Under the pieces are notes generated by a model, which saw only the letters and a list, made by a program, of their open reading frames with translations, was not told where the DNA came from and searched no databases. Source: Obrimoposthia wandeli (taxonomy: Eukaryota). From it: a DNA stretch of 64,000 nt. The DNA is taken from positions 620,001-684,000 of the forward strand of contig CDROCS010002508.1 of NCBI GenBank assembly GCA_977020255.1, read 5' to 3'. Within the stretch, counting starts at the first letter, position 1. The number at the start of each line of letters is the position of its first letter. Shown here in pieces: positions 13,795-27,060 of the stretch. Both the position numbers and the translations under genes were made by a program.

Positions 13795-16700
13795 TTATAC
13801 AGGTTTGATGGTAATAAAAACACATGGATTTTGTAAAATTAATGTCAAAGAGTTAAATAATGAAGCGTTTTTTTTAATGTGAAGTCTTAAAACAATCCTC
13901 CTCTGCATTTACTTTTACTTATTAATTAGACTTAAAGTGGGATAAATAATATATGCTGACTTAAGTAACATAGGATCATAATTATGTCACTCGGTCTGCA
14001 GTTTCGTTCAAAAAATAATGATCTCGATCTTTATTGAAAATTTAATCTTCATCTCATAATATACTATTTATTTTATAAAATGACATACATATACTTAATA
14101 TTTTCTAATTTTAGGCCATGTGTGAAAAGATACTGGAAAATATTCCTTACAATTATTATTTATAAATCTATTGTTTAATGTGTATGAATATGAAAAACGA
14201 TGTTTCATTCCTATGATTAGATATTTATAAATGCGGTTAACTTTTAAGAATTCCTTCATCTTAGTTATTTTACACATCAGTGCATACATGTAGAACTATC
14301 GCTAAAGAAATCTTTATGTTAGTAAGAAAACTCGTATGGTTTGACAATAATTAAATCCCAAATCGACGAGATCCACGAAAATAAAATCTTTTGTTGAGTG
14401 GAAAAATAATCGAAAAGTTCAATTAATAAATATGAAAAACTTTTTATTTAAAAATGCCATAATATTTATCTTGCTATGGTATTTAAAATAGGTTTCGAAA
14501 ATGGATCCATTCATTCAATGATGAAAGTAATGATATTCCTAATCATTTGATCGAACTATTGAAAAGGTGTGTAGGGTTATTTTTGTATTGTAATGAATTT
14601 TTCACTTTTATCAGTATTAAAGCATCGACTTATCCACAGCATTTAAGATACTTTCAACGACTATTTTCAGATAGTTTTTACTCCCAAATGACTCTTTATT
14701 TCTAATGATATTTTATTTTTACTCCAAAATACGATTATTGTCTAAAACAGAATTTTCCCACTAAAATTCAAGGTAATTTACTAATTAATTCTGGGCAAGG
14801 ATATTTGGTTTACTGTGTAATGGAAGCTGAAATCAATGCTTTCACATATTATTCTTACCAAATAACACAAAATTAGGATTTAGTTCGAGATTGAACTCGT
14901 TAAAGATGTATTGAAATATATTTCCAAGACGATGGTGGGGATGATCTTCATACACACACCCCAGCATAGCCAAATCTAACCCGTTATTATCTCTTTTCTC
15001 TATAAACCATTTCTCCGTTGTCGACTAAAATACTTATTTCTCGTTCTACACATGTTTGCTCGATAATTATTGTAACTGCAAAGAAACAATGTTTATCAAA
15101 GCTAAATAAGCCACAAAATGCGGAGATGAAACATATAACATATGGCATCTCCATCATGTATCTGCGGTTCGAGAAAAATTGAACACATCCCACCATAGCT
15201 CTGGAAATTTATTCAACACCATTGTTCACGCAATATTATATATCGAAAGGAATCTCCCCTATAAAGTGTGCCAAGTCACATTATAGCAAAAATGGCAGCT
15301 TTTCGCCCTAATTATCGCATGAAGGCAATGTTAAATTAAGTTTTCCACAAAACAAATTTCATACGACTTTCCTAGCGGTCAGAAAAGCGGAAAATTGACT
15401 TAGAATCTGAAAAATTACCATCTTCCTAAATCATTCTTTGCATTAAGTTTAATGTACTTCCAGATTTAAAAGAGTCCAAAGGGACTACACTTTCTCCATA
15501 TTGACGTCACTCACACTTTATTGGGTGAGATTCTTTACATACACCCTTTAATCTATATAATTTAAAAGATCTACTGCTAAGTTGACTGAGGCAAATTGTG
15601 TAATGTTTGGCAAGACTAATCCGATATCGAAGCATTGATTTCTCATTCCAACTGCTTCATCTATGTTGGGAATGGGTCCACTTACAGTAAATGCCTGGGC
15701 CATCTAAATTTTTTTTAAATTAGTAATAAAATTAATGTTAAATTGAATTTTTAATAAACTTTACATTGTTGAGCCGAATTACCCTGCCCATTTACCCATC
15801 AAATCCGGGGTCACATGCCACAGCTATTATAACTTATAACGAAGACCTCAGATAGATTAAAAAAGAAATTGCATTCAGATAGTCAAATGTGGGGTACGGA
15901 ATTGTATAAATTGGGATTACCTGACATACTGGGGCTTCAAATTTTAGTAAAGCACTTATTTGAAAGCTACAACGTGACCCAAACGGTAAAATTAACAACA
16001 ACAAAAAGTCCTGTACTATCAGGATTTGCTCCCAACATCCCAATCATATTATTCAAACTAAAAGTAAACAATTTGTCATAAAAACTTAAAATTTCTAAAT
16101 TACATGTTTTTTTTTAAAGTCAGTTATAATAAAAAGCGATGTAAATTTCTACCACAGTCACAGTACAATGATAATCAGTCTAATAAATCTCCCAAAACTT
16201 AATCGTACTTATCTATTTCTAAATTTTAAATTACCGATTAATTCTGTTAGTTGAGTTTCAGAAAAACTATACTGCCATTTTTGTTTGAAACAAACCCACA
16301 TATTACATGAAGTGGAAATCACAAATCTTCTTCGTATTGACAAAAAACTCTCAAAATATTTTTCAGAAACAATGTTAAATTATAAGTTCCCTTAAAACCT
16401 CATAGGAAATATAAATAAATCAAAATATTAAATTTATGTACAAAATAATGGTTTAAATGTTATATTTCATAAATTTATGCATTTGAAACAAATTGCAAAT
16501 GAAAATAAATCCTCTTAAATATATAAACTTTCAAACATACTGAGGTTGAAAAAATTATCATGTGATATTTATTAAGAAAGTTAAAGTAATTAATAATTAA
16601 AATTTTAAAAATGAGGATACATTCGTTACAATTTTAGCTTAAACAAATAAATAAGTGTAAAAATGTTTAAATATATCTTAAAATTACAAGTATGGTTGAC

Positions 16701-17109
16701 AAACATTTGGTAAATCAACCTATTTTCACCTTTGATAACAACCTTTGTTAGTCAATCGAAAATATGGAGATAGTTTTTAATTCTTTTATCAAAATTAGCG
16801 TTTAACGGTAGTAAAATGTTTTTAATATATATTTCAGATGAATTTAAACAAAGGGGATTTAGATCATTCGACAAGGAAAGTTGACTGAAAGAGAACTACA
16901 AATAGGATACAAATTTGCAAGTAATCAAAGGAATTTTACCTCTATAATGTGTGTACAATTTGTGTTGGCAACTTTTAATATTTTATAACTCCGTAAATTA
17001 AAGTTATGACATCTCAAAAACGTCCAAGCTAAAGAAATCTTTTTTTAAAAGTCAATACATTTTTTCTCCAATATTTATTCATAAAAATCCCTGTTCATTC
17101 CAATAAACA

Positions 17110-17503
17110 CCTTGACTTCAAGGAACTATCAGCTAAGAAGAGATTGATACGATGAAGCAGCAATTCCAGTTGTTGATAGTATCGTTGCATATCGCAGACC
17201 AAGTTTTGCTAAGAATGGATATTTCCTACAGATTATCATTCAAAAAGATCCAAAATCATCGGGACACGAGTTAGGATAGGAAAATATATTAGTCACACAT
17301 GTTTCCACCTCTAACGCTTGAAGCTTTTTAAATCCAAGAGTTGGAGCACCATTCAAAACAGGGGGAACTGAATTCGTTTGGTAGTTATAACAACATGCTG
17401 GTTCCAAAAACAATCCAGAATTAAAAATACAGCAATTAACACTACTTTGCAAATGTCCAATTTGTATTTTTCTTCTGATTTTAAAATATGATTTTCTAGT
17501 CAA
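17110..17503 (-). mobile_element. hAT C-terminal dimerisation-domain remnant
   Basis: ...CPDDFGSF*MIICRKYPFLAKLGLRYATILSTTG resembles the D-PL.WW...YP.LA.LA..YL.IP.TS pattern. Confidence 0.4.
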
Positions 17504-18071
17504 TTCGTATAAGCTGATCTCAAAAATAACATCCCAACAATTTCCAATTTTTAGAGATAAATCAAAACAAAGATTTTTATCTTAACATTTATTATACTGA
17601 TTAACTAAAAAATAAACTTAAAGTAAAACATTTATTTGTTTGATATTAACCAGCATAAATCAACCATCATTCTCTCATCTGCTCTTCCTTGGTATATGTA
17701 TTCCAAATTTCGAAGTGTGGTGAAAATGTTTCCCATGTTCATCACTGAATTTACATAGGTCATTACAATAAAAATTTAATGACATTTTAGAAAATGGATT
17801 TTTAGTGACATATTTACATTCATAGCATGAAAACATTCCATCAAATCTTTCACAATTTCTCTATAGTTCTCTGATCTATGATTTTCTTTTGAAAATAAAT
17901 AAGTTCTTATCAATAAATTACTAATTCCTGGCCTAAATCCCATCCTTTTAACTCTATAAAACTCAGAATTAGTCTAAAATCAACCCTTTTCAGTGTTGTA
18001 TTTATCTGTAGCCATACAAAGATTTTTTTGTTAACTTTAGCTGAAGATACTTTTACTTTTTTTTAACAGTT

Positions 18072-18660
18072 TCATAGGTTCTCCGTCTTTATTTCGAGCC
18101 TTAAATTTTTAATTAAGCTCAACTTTATGTACAGTAGCGGTAATAAAATATTTTCAATTGGAACAAGAGATGAGTTACTGATATTACAATCATCTACGGA
18201 ACGATTTATTTTGTCAGACCAGCCATTTGGAGTACAGTGATATAGACATATAAAGCATTTGTATTTAGTATATCCTGATTGCATTCCAGTGAGCATATCT
18301 ATTACTTTAAAATCGCAACCAATTATGATCTTAATGGATCTTAATTTAGTAGTTCTAGATTTATTTTTCAAAAAGCCGTAATTTTCTTTAGATTTCCTGG
18401 AATTTGCTACGGGAATGGATGAATAAACTTTATCACTATGCAGTAGAACAGTTTTTAGACTAATTTTAGTAGCATCAATAAACAACCACAAGTCATTATA
18501 AGTTGTTGGGAACTATGATGTTAGTAACAATCCAATAATATCACTGCAATATACATTGTCGAACTCTTCATTATTACTAAAATATTGAACATAAGATTGA
18601 CTGGATTGATCTCTTCATGACATGGGTGAACTTCGTCAATTTTCTCAATGACCACATGGA
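18072..18660 (-). mobile_element. Chapaev3-like (CMC) transposase remnant
   Basis: WLFIDATKISLKTVLLH and GCDFKVIDMLTGMQSGYTKYKCFICL motifs. Confidence 0.6.
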
Positions 18661-18725
18661 TAATGTTGATAAACATACTTTTTTGGATAATTTTTAGGCA
18701 AATTTTTAAACTTTAAACTGAAGTT

Positions 18726-18890
18726 GTGCATGAAGCTAATGTTAATCGTAATACTGTGATGGAATGGGCAAGTTTTTTAAGAGAGGCATGTGAGCAGCAC
18801 ATTGGGGATAATCCAGTGGAACTTGGAGGTTTTGATGAAAATGATGAACCTATAGTTGTGGAAATAGACGAATCTAAGTACTTTCATTTA
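18726..18890 (+). mobile_element. Merlin/IS1595-like transposase fragment
   Basis: TVMEWASFLREAC...LGG...IVVEIDESKYF. Confidence 0.7.
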
Positions 18891-20149
18891 TGTACTTTCA
18901 TTTCGGCCTTGAAGCATTTGATATAATCATGTGATTTAGTTACTTTCTTTGTTTCCGCCCTGTAACTTCATTCAGATATGAGACATGTTCAGTTATATCC
19001 ACAACAAAGGTAAGATCAGAGATCCTTTCATGATCTTAATATTTTAAATGTCTTCTATCACAGACCCACATAAACGTTTGGAGAATCATATGTGGCCCGT
19101 GGGCCGCGTGTTTGACATGCCTGATTTAAACCATACCCTATTAAATTTTTTTAAGCCATTTGTTTTTTTGTCTGTTTATTTTACATACCCCTCAAGTTTG
19201 TGAAAAATGGTTGGAACGTTAATATTAAAATTAAGATAATGAATCATTTTGAAGGGTGTTCTTAAATGTTTTTTAATTTAATAACGTAATTATTTATTGA
19301 TTAGTAGCTTAAATAAATTTGTATAAAGATACAAAACTACAATTATATTATTCCTCAGGATTATCAACCTGTAGTCAGACAAAACTCTGAATAACATTTT
19401 TACTGTTATTAGATTTCTCATATGTGCTAAAATATTACCATCAGTATACCTTACAGAGTTGGAATTATCTTTATATTAAAAATATTGATATACGTAATTT
19501 ACTACTTTAAGTAAAAGGTAATACATTTATGCATAAGTTAATTTTCATAAATTAAAAGCTCAGTTAAACTTTCAAATTTTTTGAGATCAAGAATGTCATA
19601 ATATACCAGTCGATATTCGCCGCAAAAACTGATTTAATACCCATCACTTCAAAAGGTACGATGATAAATTAAATTTTTTAAAACCATTTACGTATCAAAC
19701 AAGATTATTATCTAATTTTTAAACCCTTAAATTATAAGCAGTACAATCTAAAATACGAGGAAGAAAACTCATGACACCAAGCATACTATAACTGTGGTCG
19801 AAAAGCCGTGATAGGTATAGCGAATATTAAGAAGTAACTTTATAATGAGAAAAAACATGGATACTGTTTTTACCTTGAATGCCTTATTCGTGGTACCTTC
19901 CAAATTCTTCAAATATAAAAAGTGAATAGTGTGAATAGATTAAAAATATTGTTATTATTATTAAACTATTTTTTCCGAATACTTAACCCAGTGACAGCCG
20001 AACAGGTTTTGCAATAAATATCTGGCTTTACATTATATTTACGATGTTTTCATAAAAAATAATGGTTTATAAATGGATATACATGGCAAAACTGTTATAA
20101 AATATATTATTTTGGGGGATATTTCTTCAAAAGTACTATAAATACCACC

Positions 20150-21460
20150 GTAGGTTGTTGGACTTCTGAATTGTATTTCATTGAAGTGGTTCACTATCGA
20201 TGTTCCCAAAGTGAGAACATATGGGTCACTGGGCTAAGAAAATATGTTGAACGGGAACAGCAATGTGAATAATGGGTACCTTATTTACCGTGAACAATTC
20301 AGTACGGGCAATTGTTATGGTTTTAATTCTAAAATGATTTATGAAAAGAAACACCCTGCTCTGTTTTCAAAGCTTATGCAAAGAACTTTGAAAATTGCTC
20401 CTACCTGAGTTGTCCACGGTCATCTGTAGAGATACCTTTACCTCAATAGAACGGCGGATAATAATTAAACCGTTGCAAAATTTGATTCAAGTAGAAACCC
20501 GAAAGATTTATATGTACAAGTCGAAGCGAAAAGAAACTCTGATAGAAGACCAAAGTGTGTTTGACGTGCAAATCAATCGTCGGACATGCATCAAGGAGTG
20601 TAAGATATATAATATCTGGTCAGTCTGAGATTTAGAACGTAGTATAGCAAATGATTAGAAGTACTGGGGATGTAATTCCCCCAACTTATTCTCATTCGCA
20701 ATAAATGGTGCAACTCCAACGAAAATAGCTACTCATCGTGGCCATTTAAAGTTTGGGAATATGCAAAGGACGTTACATTCCCAAAACCTGTAATCATTTG
20801 CTTAACCAGATACTACATGCCAAATTGTTCGATAATTAGCGACATAAATGTTGTCAGTTTCTTGGTTTATAAGTCTTTTACGCTTTCTGATCTTGCCTTG
20901 AAAACCATATGCAGTAGAGCATCTTCTCTTAATTGACGAGGTTGACAAATAGGTGTATAGAAATTGCCGTACAGTCACTGCAAAGTGAGGTAAAAACCAC
21001 ATAAACCACTTTGTACTGGCTAGGTCCAATTCGGAGGTATTAGGCATAGAAAAAGTTCCCTGCATTTCCAAATAGTTACGGCCATTAACGTTTCGATTAT
21101 CACCAAAACGAAAGGAGTGATTGAGAACATAAAACCAGACGGACACTTTCTGACTTGCTTTTGTTTTCCTGTCTAAGAACCAGAGAGGATTGTCCTTTGA
21201 CTAAAGTACTCATTTATGTATATTCCTTACACCATTAATATAGAACGCGGCTTCGGGTTTGTACTTTCTTTCTTCTGAAACCACCCACGAAACCATTCCG
21301 AGGTCGGAATCATCTTCTTAGAGATTATGAAGGATTGTGGGCTTATAGGGATGATATATTCCACCCAGGTATATCTCCAACCTGATGTGACACTGTTATT
21401 GACTTAGGAAGCGACTTCAAAACGTTTTGCTGGACTTCTGAAACATCCTATACCAAGCGT
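20150..21460 (-). mobile_element. Decayed piggyBac-like transposase remnant
   Basis: Degenerate FSMPN (YMPNKP), VTVRQFLYT (VTxDNFYT) and GKIRKRK (GT+RKN) in the correct order. Boundaries approximate. Confidence 0.4.
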
Positions 21461-21742
21461 GATCATCGTCAAATTAGAATAAAATAGTTAAGGGAAAATT
21501 ATTGAACGGAACAATTTTTAGTGATAAATTTAGAATTCTGGATAATTTTTGTTTTTCAAAATGGTACATGATATCAGATTCTTCTCCACTCTAAACAAGT
21601 CCTGTGCTAATAGCATCCCACCTCAGGTATTGACAATGTCATACAAATGTGTCAAATCAAGTTAGAATGTAACCCGAACCGTTTAAAACTTGAAAACTTT
21701 CCGAATGATAAGCCGAAGATGCAGTTAAACATGAAAGCTCAC

Positions 21743-21953
21743 CTGACAATCTGAAACATTGGACACTTTGTGCATGGACAGGCCAGCTACATAGACTCCC
21801 TTTTCTGGATGCTCCTTCAGGTCCATTTTGGCCTTTGCGTCTTTGCCCAGCAAGTCACGAATTTCTTCGTTGTAGATCTCGAGGTAAGACGCATGCACCA
21901 GGTACTTGGTGTTCTCCTTCACTGATATCGTCTCGAATATGTGGTCGAACGCT
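21743..21953 (-). CDS. KIF17: KIF17 exon 2
   Basis: CAG acceptor (AG at 21955-21954), GTGAGC donor at 21742. (R)AFDHIFETISVKENTKYLVHASYLEIYNEEIRDLLG...LKEHPEKGVYVAGLSMHKV (KIF17-type). Confidence 0.95.
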
Positions 21954-22496
21954 CTGCGAGTAATTGACAAAACGAATTATGAAACACACACAGAGTAGGG
22001 AATAGAAAACTAGGTCCATCAATTGATAGAGGAATTAAACAATATCCAGCTCACTCAACAAAGTCTTTCTCTCAACTTGTGGAATTAGTTTAAACGTTTC
22101 ATGCACAACATACATCGCTAAAAATGGAAATTAGATCAATTAAGACTATTTTCGTATCCGATTCAGACATCTATTCACCAGCTGTTTGATTTCTTGATGA
22201 AAACCTCACAAACCCACATGTTGACACCTTCGAGGTCAACTGCATCTGTTTCTTGCGACGCATACTTCACCGCAGGCCGCATATCATTACATATACTTGA
22301 AACACATTAACATTTTCAGTAAACCTTATTTTATTAAAATAAACATTGCAATAAATAAAATTTACTACTCAAAGTTGCTGATTTTAAGAGTGTACTTGAA
22401 TAATAACTCCCACAATTAAATATATGTTATGCTATTTCAGTTTAAATTGTATTTAAAATGAATTATTGGTCTTTACAGGTTACAAACACATCTAAC

Positions 22497-22843
22497 CTTG
22501 GAATAACACCTCTTTGACAGTCAGGGTTGTTGACGCCTTGCATAGTGTATGATTTCCCACAACCTGTTTGACCGTATGCAAATACTGTACCGTTGTATCC
22601 TTCTGTAACATTCTCCACCAAAGGATAAACAATATCTGCATACATCTGTTCAGTAGCGCTGTCCTGGTTGTAAGCACCATCAAAGAAGAAGCTTTTCAAA
22701 GGTGCTTTACTGTCATATGGATTCTTTATGGAGCACTGTCCACGGGACATTTCTATATTTACAACATTGTTGCATTTCAACCCATACTCGCGCTCATTTA
22801 ATGGTCTAACACGAACCAAAACTTTAACTGATTCAGATGCCAT
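22497..22843 (-). CDS. KIF17: KIF17/OSM-3 kinesin-2 exon 1. Model: complement(join(<1..274,7591..7744,8418..8738,8983..9339,21743..21953,22497..22843))
   Basis: ATG at 22843. MASESVKVLVRVRP, YPLVENVTEGYNGTVFAYGQTGCGKSYTMQG (P-loop). GTTAGA donor at 22496. All junction phases are consistent. MASE.VKV, EGYNGT and ERQSKTG match KIF17 rather than KIF3A/B. Confidence 0.92.
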
Positions 22844-24665
22844 CAAACAAAAAATGTATTTTTAAATATCTGATATTAAAATTTTCACAATTAAATAATT
22901 AAATAATTGATCTAATTTTTAAAAGTTATAAAATATGACAGTCTTTATAGAATTCAAAATTTAAGTCGATTATTTAATTCTTGCCATAGATACATACAAG
23001 TAACTAATATTGTAAAACAAAAAGAATAAGTAATTCTCAAATTAGATATTTGAAATAAGAGATAAATCACACTTTTATCGTAAATAAAATTCAAAAAGAT
23101 TAATAAGTATGGTAACTTGTAAATCATTATAATAAAGGTAAAAATAATAATACTATAATAAAAAATCATCTGCACAAAATTAATTAATTTCTGTAAAAAC
23201 ATCTAACAAAATATTTTCTATATGAAGTAATTTAGTTTAAAGTAATAATATACTTAAATATAATTATTTGAAATAATTTTATATGAAATAAATTTAATTT
23301 TTGTGTAAAATGATATTAAATAAAACAAGACTAGTTCCAAATAAAGTTTTATCTTAAAGATACTAAATGTTCATAATTTATAGAAAATTTGGGTATCTGT
23401 AGGCCTCAAATTGACAGAAAATTCTTTGAAAGTGTTTTATACAGTACTAAAAGGTTACTCAACGACCAAAGATATTTTTTACGAATTAACTGAACAATTT
23501 TCATAAATATAAAGAAAAAGCGTATTTAACAAAGTTACATACTTTTAAATCACATTTTAAATTTATATTCCAGATAATTTTTTGCATAAAAATTATAACA
23601 TGTTTACATTTTGTTTTACAAATCTCATACAAGTTCGTATATTATTACTTAATACACTTTTATTAATACTTTCAGTCACATATGAAATCCTTATTTCGTA
23701 TTTTTCTTGATATTTTTCTCTTAACTAATAAATAGCTTCCTTTTCATTTACAACTTAATTTGCTTTTATCAATTAGTCTTGAAGATTAAAATTTTTTAAA
23801 GTATTGATCGTTTCTATTGAAACTCTATCTAGAATCCTCGTATGGAAGCCCTCAACGTGAGTCCAATAGAAATATGTCTTATTGATGGTCTTATACTACC
23901 TAATCTTATCAAGCCTGAATGTTTTTAGGTTGTGTATGTCTACTGTATACAATTATCCAAATTATAACTTTACAACTATTGTGGTGTGATATAGGGATGG
24001 GAAGAAGCCGGTGAGGCTAAATGTGATGTCGAATTAAAAATAGTATGGTAAAACCTATACTAAGAAATTGGGCACACTATAAGCCGTACGAATTGACCTT
24101 ACCAATATATGGTATGGGTTTTTTCTAGTAGGTTGTGTCTGCACATATGGATTAATATTTTACTTTATTCTCATTAAACTTTACTGGTTTGGTTCCCAAT
24201 AACGAATTCGACTAGGGAGTTGAAAAATGGAAAGTTAGCAGATTAAGAATACTTATTTATTTCATTGTTACAAGTTATACGGGTATGATAACTGTATTCA
24301 CGTTACACTAAAATGTTCTCTGCTACACAAAATTACTAACAACTACATTTTATACTAATAGAGACATTTAAAATTTCTATTGGACTTGTTAATTTTAGTA
24401 AGTAATTCTCTCTTTACTGAATAGCCATTGGAAATTATACGAATAATAAATGCTTTAATCAGCTTAAATTTTAAAAATATTCGGTGATGAACAATATATA
24501 CTTCAATGAATAATAACCTATATATATATTATTATTCAAACGGTAATTTAACAAGTTCTCAAACGGATTTACAATTCAATGACAATTAACCAATTTAAAT
24601 ATTATTATCCAACGATAACATATGTAAATAAGTAAATTAATCATAATCATGTATATAGAATACCC

Positions 24666-24759
24666 GAAGACTGCCCAATATTGTTATAAGATATTGATGT
24701 ACGAAGAGCAGAACCCAATACCTACAACCACCTATATCACAAGGAATGTCTTTCACAAT
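24666..24759 (+). pseudogene. RING-H2 remnant, 5' half (continues at 45058 after the insertion)
   Basis: Joining across the CACAAT TSD gives EDCPILL*DIDVRRAEPNTYNHLYHKECLSQ|WIIICCNR, a RING-H2-like H..H..C...W pattern. Confidence 0.55.
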
Positions 24760-25960
24760 AGTAGGTAGAAGGATGGAGTCTAGACCACTTGACCCCCCCT
24801 AAAGGGTGTCACACCATAAGGATGTCTTGCCACACCATAAGAGTATATGTTGCCTCACCTATGGTGAGGCAACATATACTCTTATGGTGTGGCAAGACAC
24901 CCTTATGGTGTGACACCCTTTAGGGGGGAGGGGGAGGGGGTCAAGTGATCTAGTCTCCACCCTTCTTTTTGTGGTCTAGTCTCCACCCTTCTTTTGGCTA
25001 ACCACTATGATCGTCCATAATTCAAAGGGTCAAGTGGTCTAGTCTCCACCCTTCTTTTTGTGGTCTAGTCTCCACCCTTCTTTTGGCTAACCACTATGAT
25101 CGTCCATAATTCAAAGGGTCAAGTGGTCTAGTCTCCACCCTTCTTTTGGCTAACCACTATGATCGTCCATAATTCAAAGAGTCAAGTGGTCTAGTCTCCA
25201 CCCTTCTTTTGGCTAACCACTATGATCGTCCATAATTCAAGTGGTCTAGTCTCCACCCTTCTTTTGGCTAACCACTATGATCGTCCATAATTCAAAGGGT
25301 CAAGTGATCTAGTCTCCACCCTTCTTTGATATACCACTATGGTCGTCCATAAATCAAAGGGTCAAGGTCAGTTTTGACTTGAAACTTTGAAGGTATAATT
25401 AAGGTCATGTGAAAGTTCACACTTAAAAGTTAAGGAATGTATGACGTAATCATACACACACTATTATATGTGAAAATCAAGGCTAAAGTTCACTCTTATC
25501 AGTTAAGGAATGTGGTTTTTAACACACACACACTATTCTATGTGAAAATTTAGACTAAAGTTCACTCTTATCAGTTAAGGAATGTATTACGTAATCACAC
25601 ACATACTATTCTATGTGAAAATTTAGACTAAAGTTTTTCCTAGGCTTACACATTTATAGAATTATGAAAAAATTTCTTTAAATAACTTCAATTATATATT
25701 AAAATAAAAAATAAAATAAGAAAGAAGTCAGAGAATAATACAAAATTAAACACATTTATTATGTAATTTCATAATATCATCTTCAAACTTAAGTGAATAA
25801 CATTTACAAAGTAAGAAAGTCCATTCTTTATACATTCTTTTCGTTTCAACGACTAAGTTACAACGGAATTAATAGAAAAAGGAAAAAAAAAAACAACACT
25901 AAGTTTAACGCTATGAATGAAAATTAGTAAAAATATTAATTTATTTGAATATTCGAATGA
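24760..25960 (+). repeat. Left TIR with terminal hairpin (24768-24965) and subterminal tandem repeats of about 60 bp
   Basis: Near-perfect palindrome with TAT loop at 24860-24862, followed by repeated GGGTCAAGTGGTCTAGTCTCCACCCTTCTTTT units. Confidence 0.9.
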
Positions 25961-26039
25961 GAGTTTGAATAAATGAGAGTTAGAATGAATGTAAATGAAT
26001 AAAATTATGCATGCAAGTATGAATGTCATTTACAAGTAA

Positions 26040-27060
26040 GAGTCTTAGCAAGTGAATGTAATTTTAAAATAAGAGTGTCAATAGTTTGATTGAATACAAG
26101 TCTAATTTAGACTATAAGTAAATTAAAATAAAGTTTTCGTTGAATAAATTATAGTTAGATTGAATGTAAATGAATACAAGTATGAATGCAAGTGAATGCT
26201 AGTATGAATTTCAATACAAGTAAGTGTCTTAGCAAGTGAATGTAATTTAAAAATAAGAGTGTCGATAGTTTGATTGAATGCAAGTGTAATTTAGACTATA
26301 AGTAAATTAAAATAGAGTTTTCGTTGAATAAATTATAGTTAGATTGAATGCAAGTATGAATGCAAGTGAATGATAGTATGAATTTCAATACAAGTAAGTG
26401 TCTTAGCAAGTGAATGTAATTTAAAAAATAAGAGTGTCGATAGTTTGATTGAATGCAAGTGTAATTTAGACTATAAGTAAATTAAAATAGAGTTTTCGTT
26501 GAATAAATTATAGTTAGATTGAATGCAAGTATGAATGCAAGTGAATGCTAGTATGAATTTCAATACAAGTAAGTGTCTTAGCAAGTGAATGTAATTTAAA
26601 AATAAGAGTGTCGATAGTTTGATTGAATGCAAGTGTAATTTAGACTATAAGTAAATTAAAATAGAGTTTTCGTTGAATAAATTATAGTTAGATTGAATGC
26701 AAGTATGAATGCAAGTGAATGCTAGTATGAATTTCAATACAAGTAAGTGTCTTAGCAAGTGAATGTAATTTAAAAATAAGAGTGTCGATAGTTTGATTGA
26801 ATGCAAGTGTAATTTAGACTATAAGTAAATTAAAATAGAGTTTTCGTTGAATAAATTATAGTTAGATTGAATGCAAGTATGAATGCAAGTGAATGCTAGT
26901 ATGAATTTCAATACAAGTAAGTGTCTTAGCAAGTAAATGTAATTTATAAAATAAGAGTGTCGAGAGTTTGATTGAATGCAAGTGTAATTTAGACTATAAG
27001 TAAATTAAAATAGAGTTTTCACTGAATAAATTATAGTTAGATTGAATGTAAATGAATACA
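26040..27060. repeat. Satellite-like array, 174-175 bp unit, about 6 copies
   Basis: The marker atagttagat ends at 26344, 26519, 26693, 26867 and 27042. Confidence 0.9.

Noticed and set aside
19065-19125. GGCCCGTGGGCCGCGTGTTTGACATGCCTG, and a similar end near 4430-4468
   Set aside because: Resembles hAT/Charlie termini, but no partner end, TSD or ORF was found.
24960-25370. Regularly spaced repeats resembling a CRISPR array
   Set aside because: The spacers are identical rather than unique, the context is eukaryotic and there are no cas genes; these are subterminal TIR repeats.
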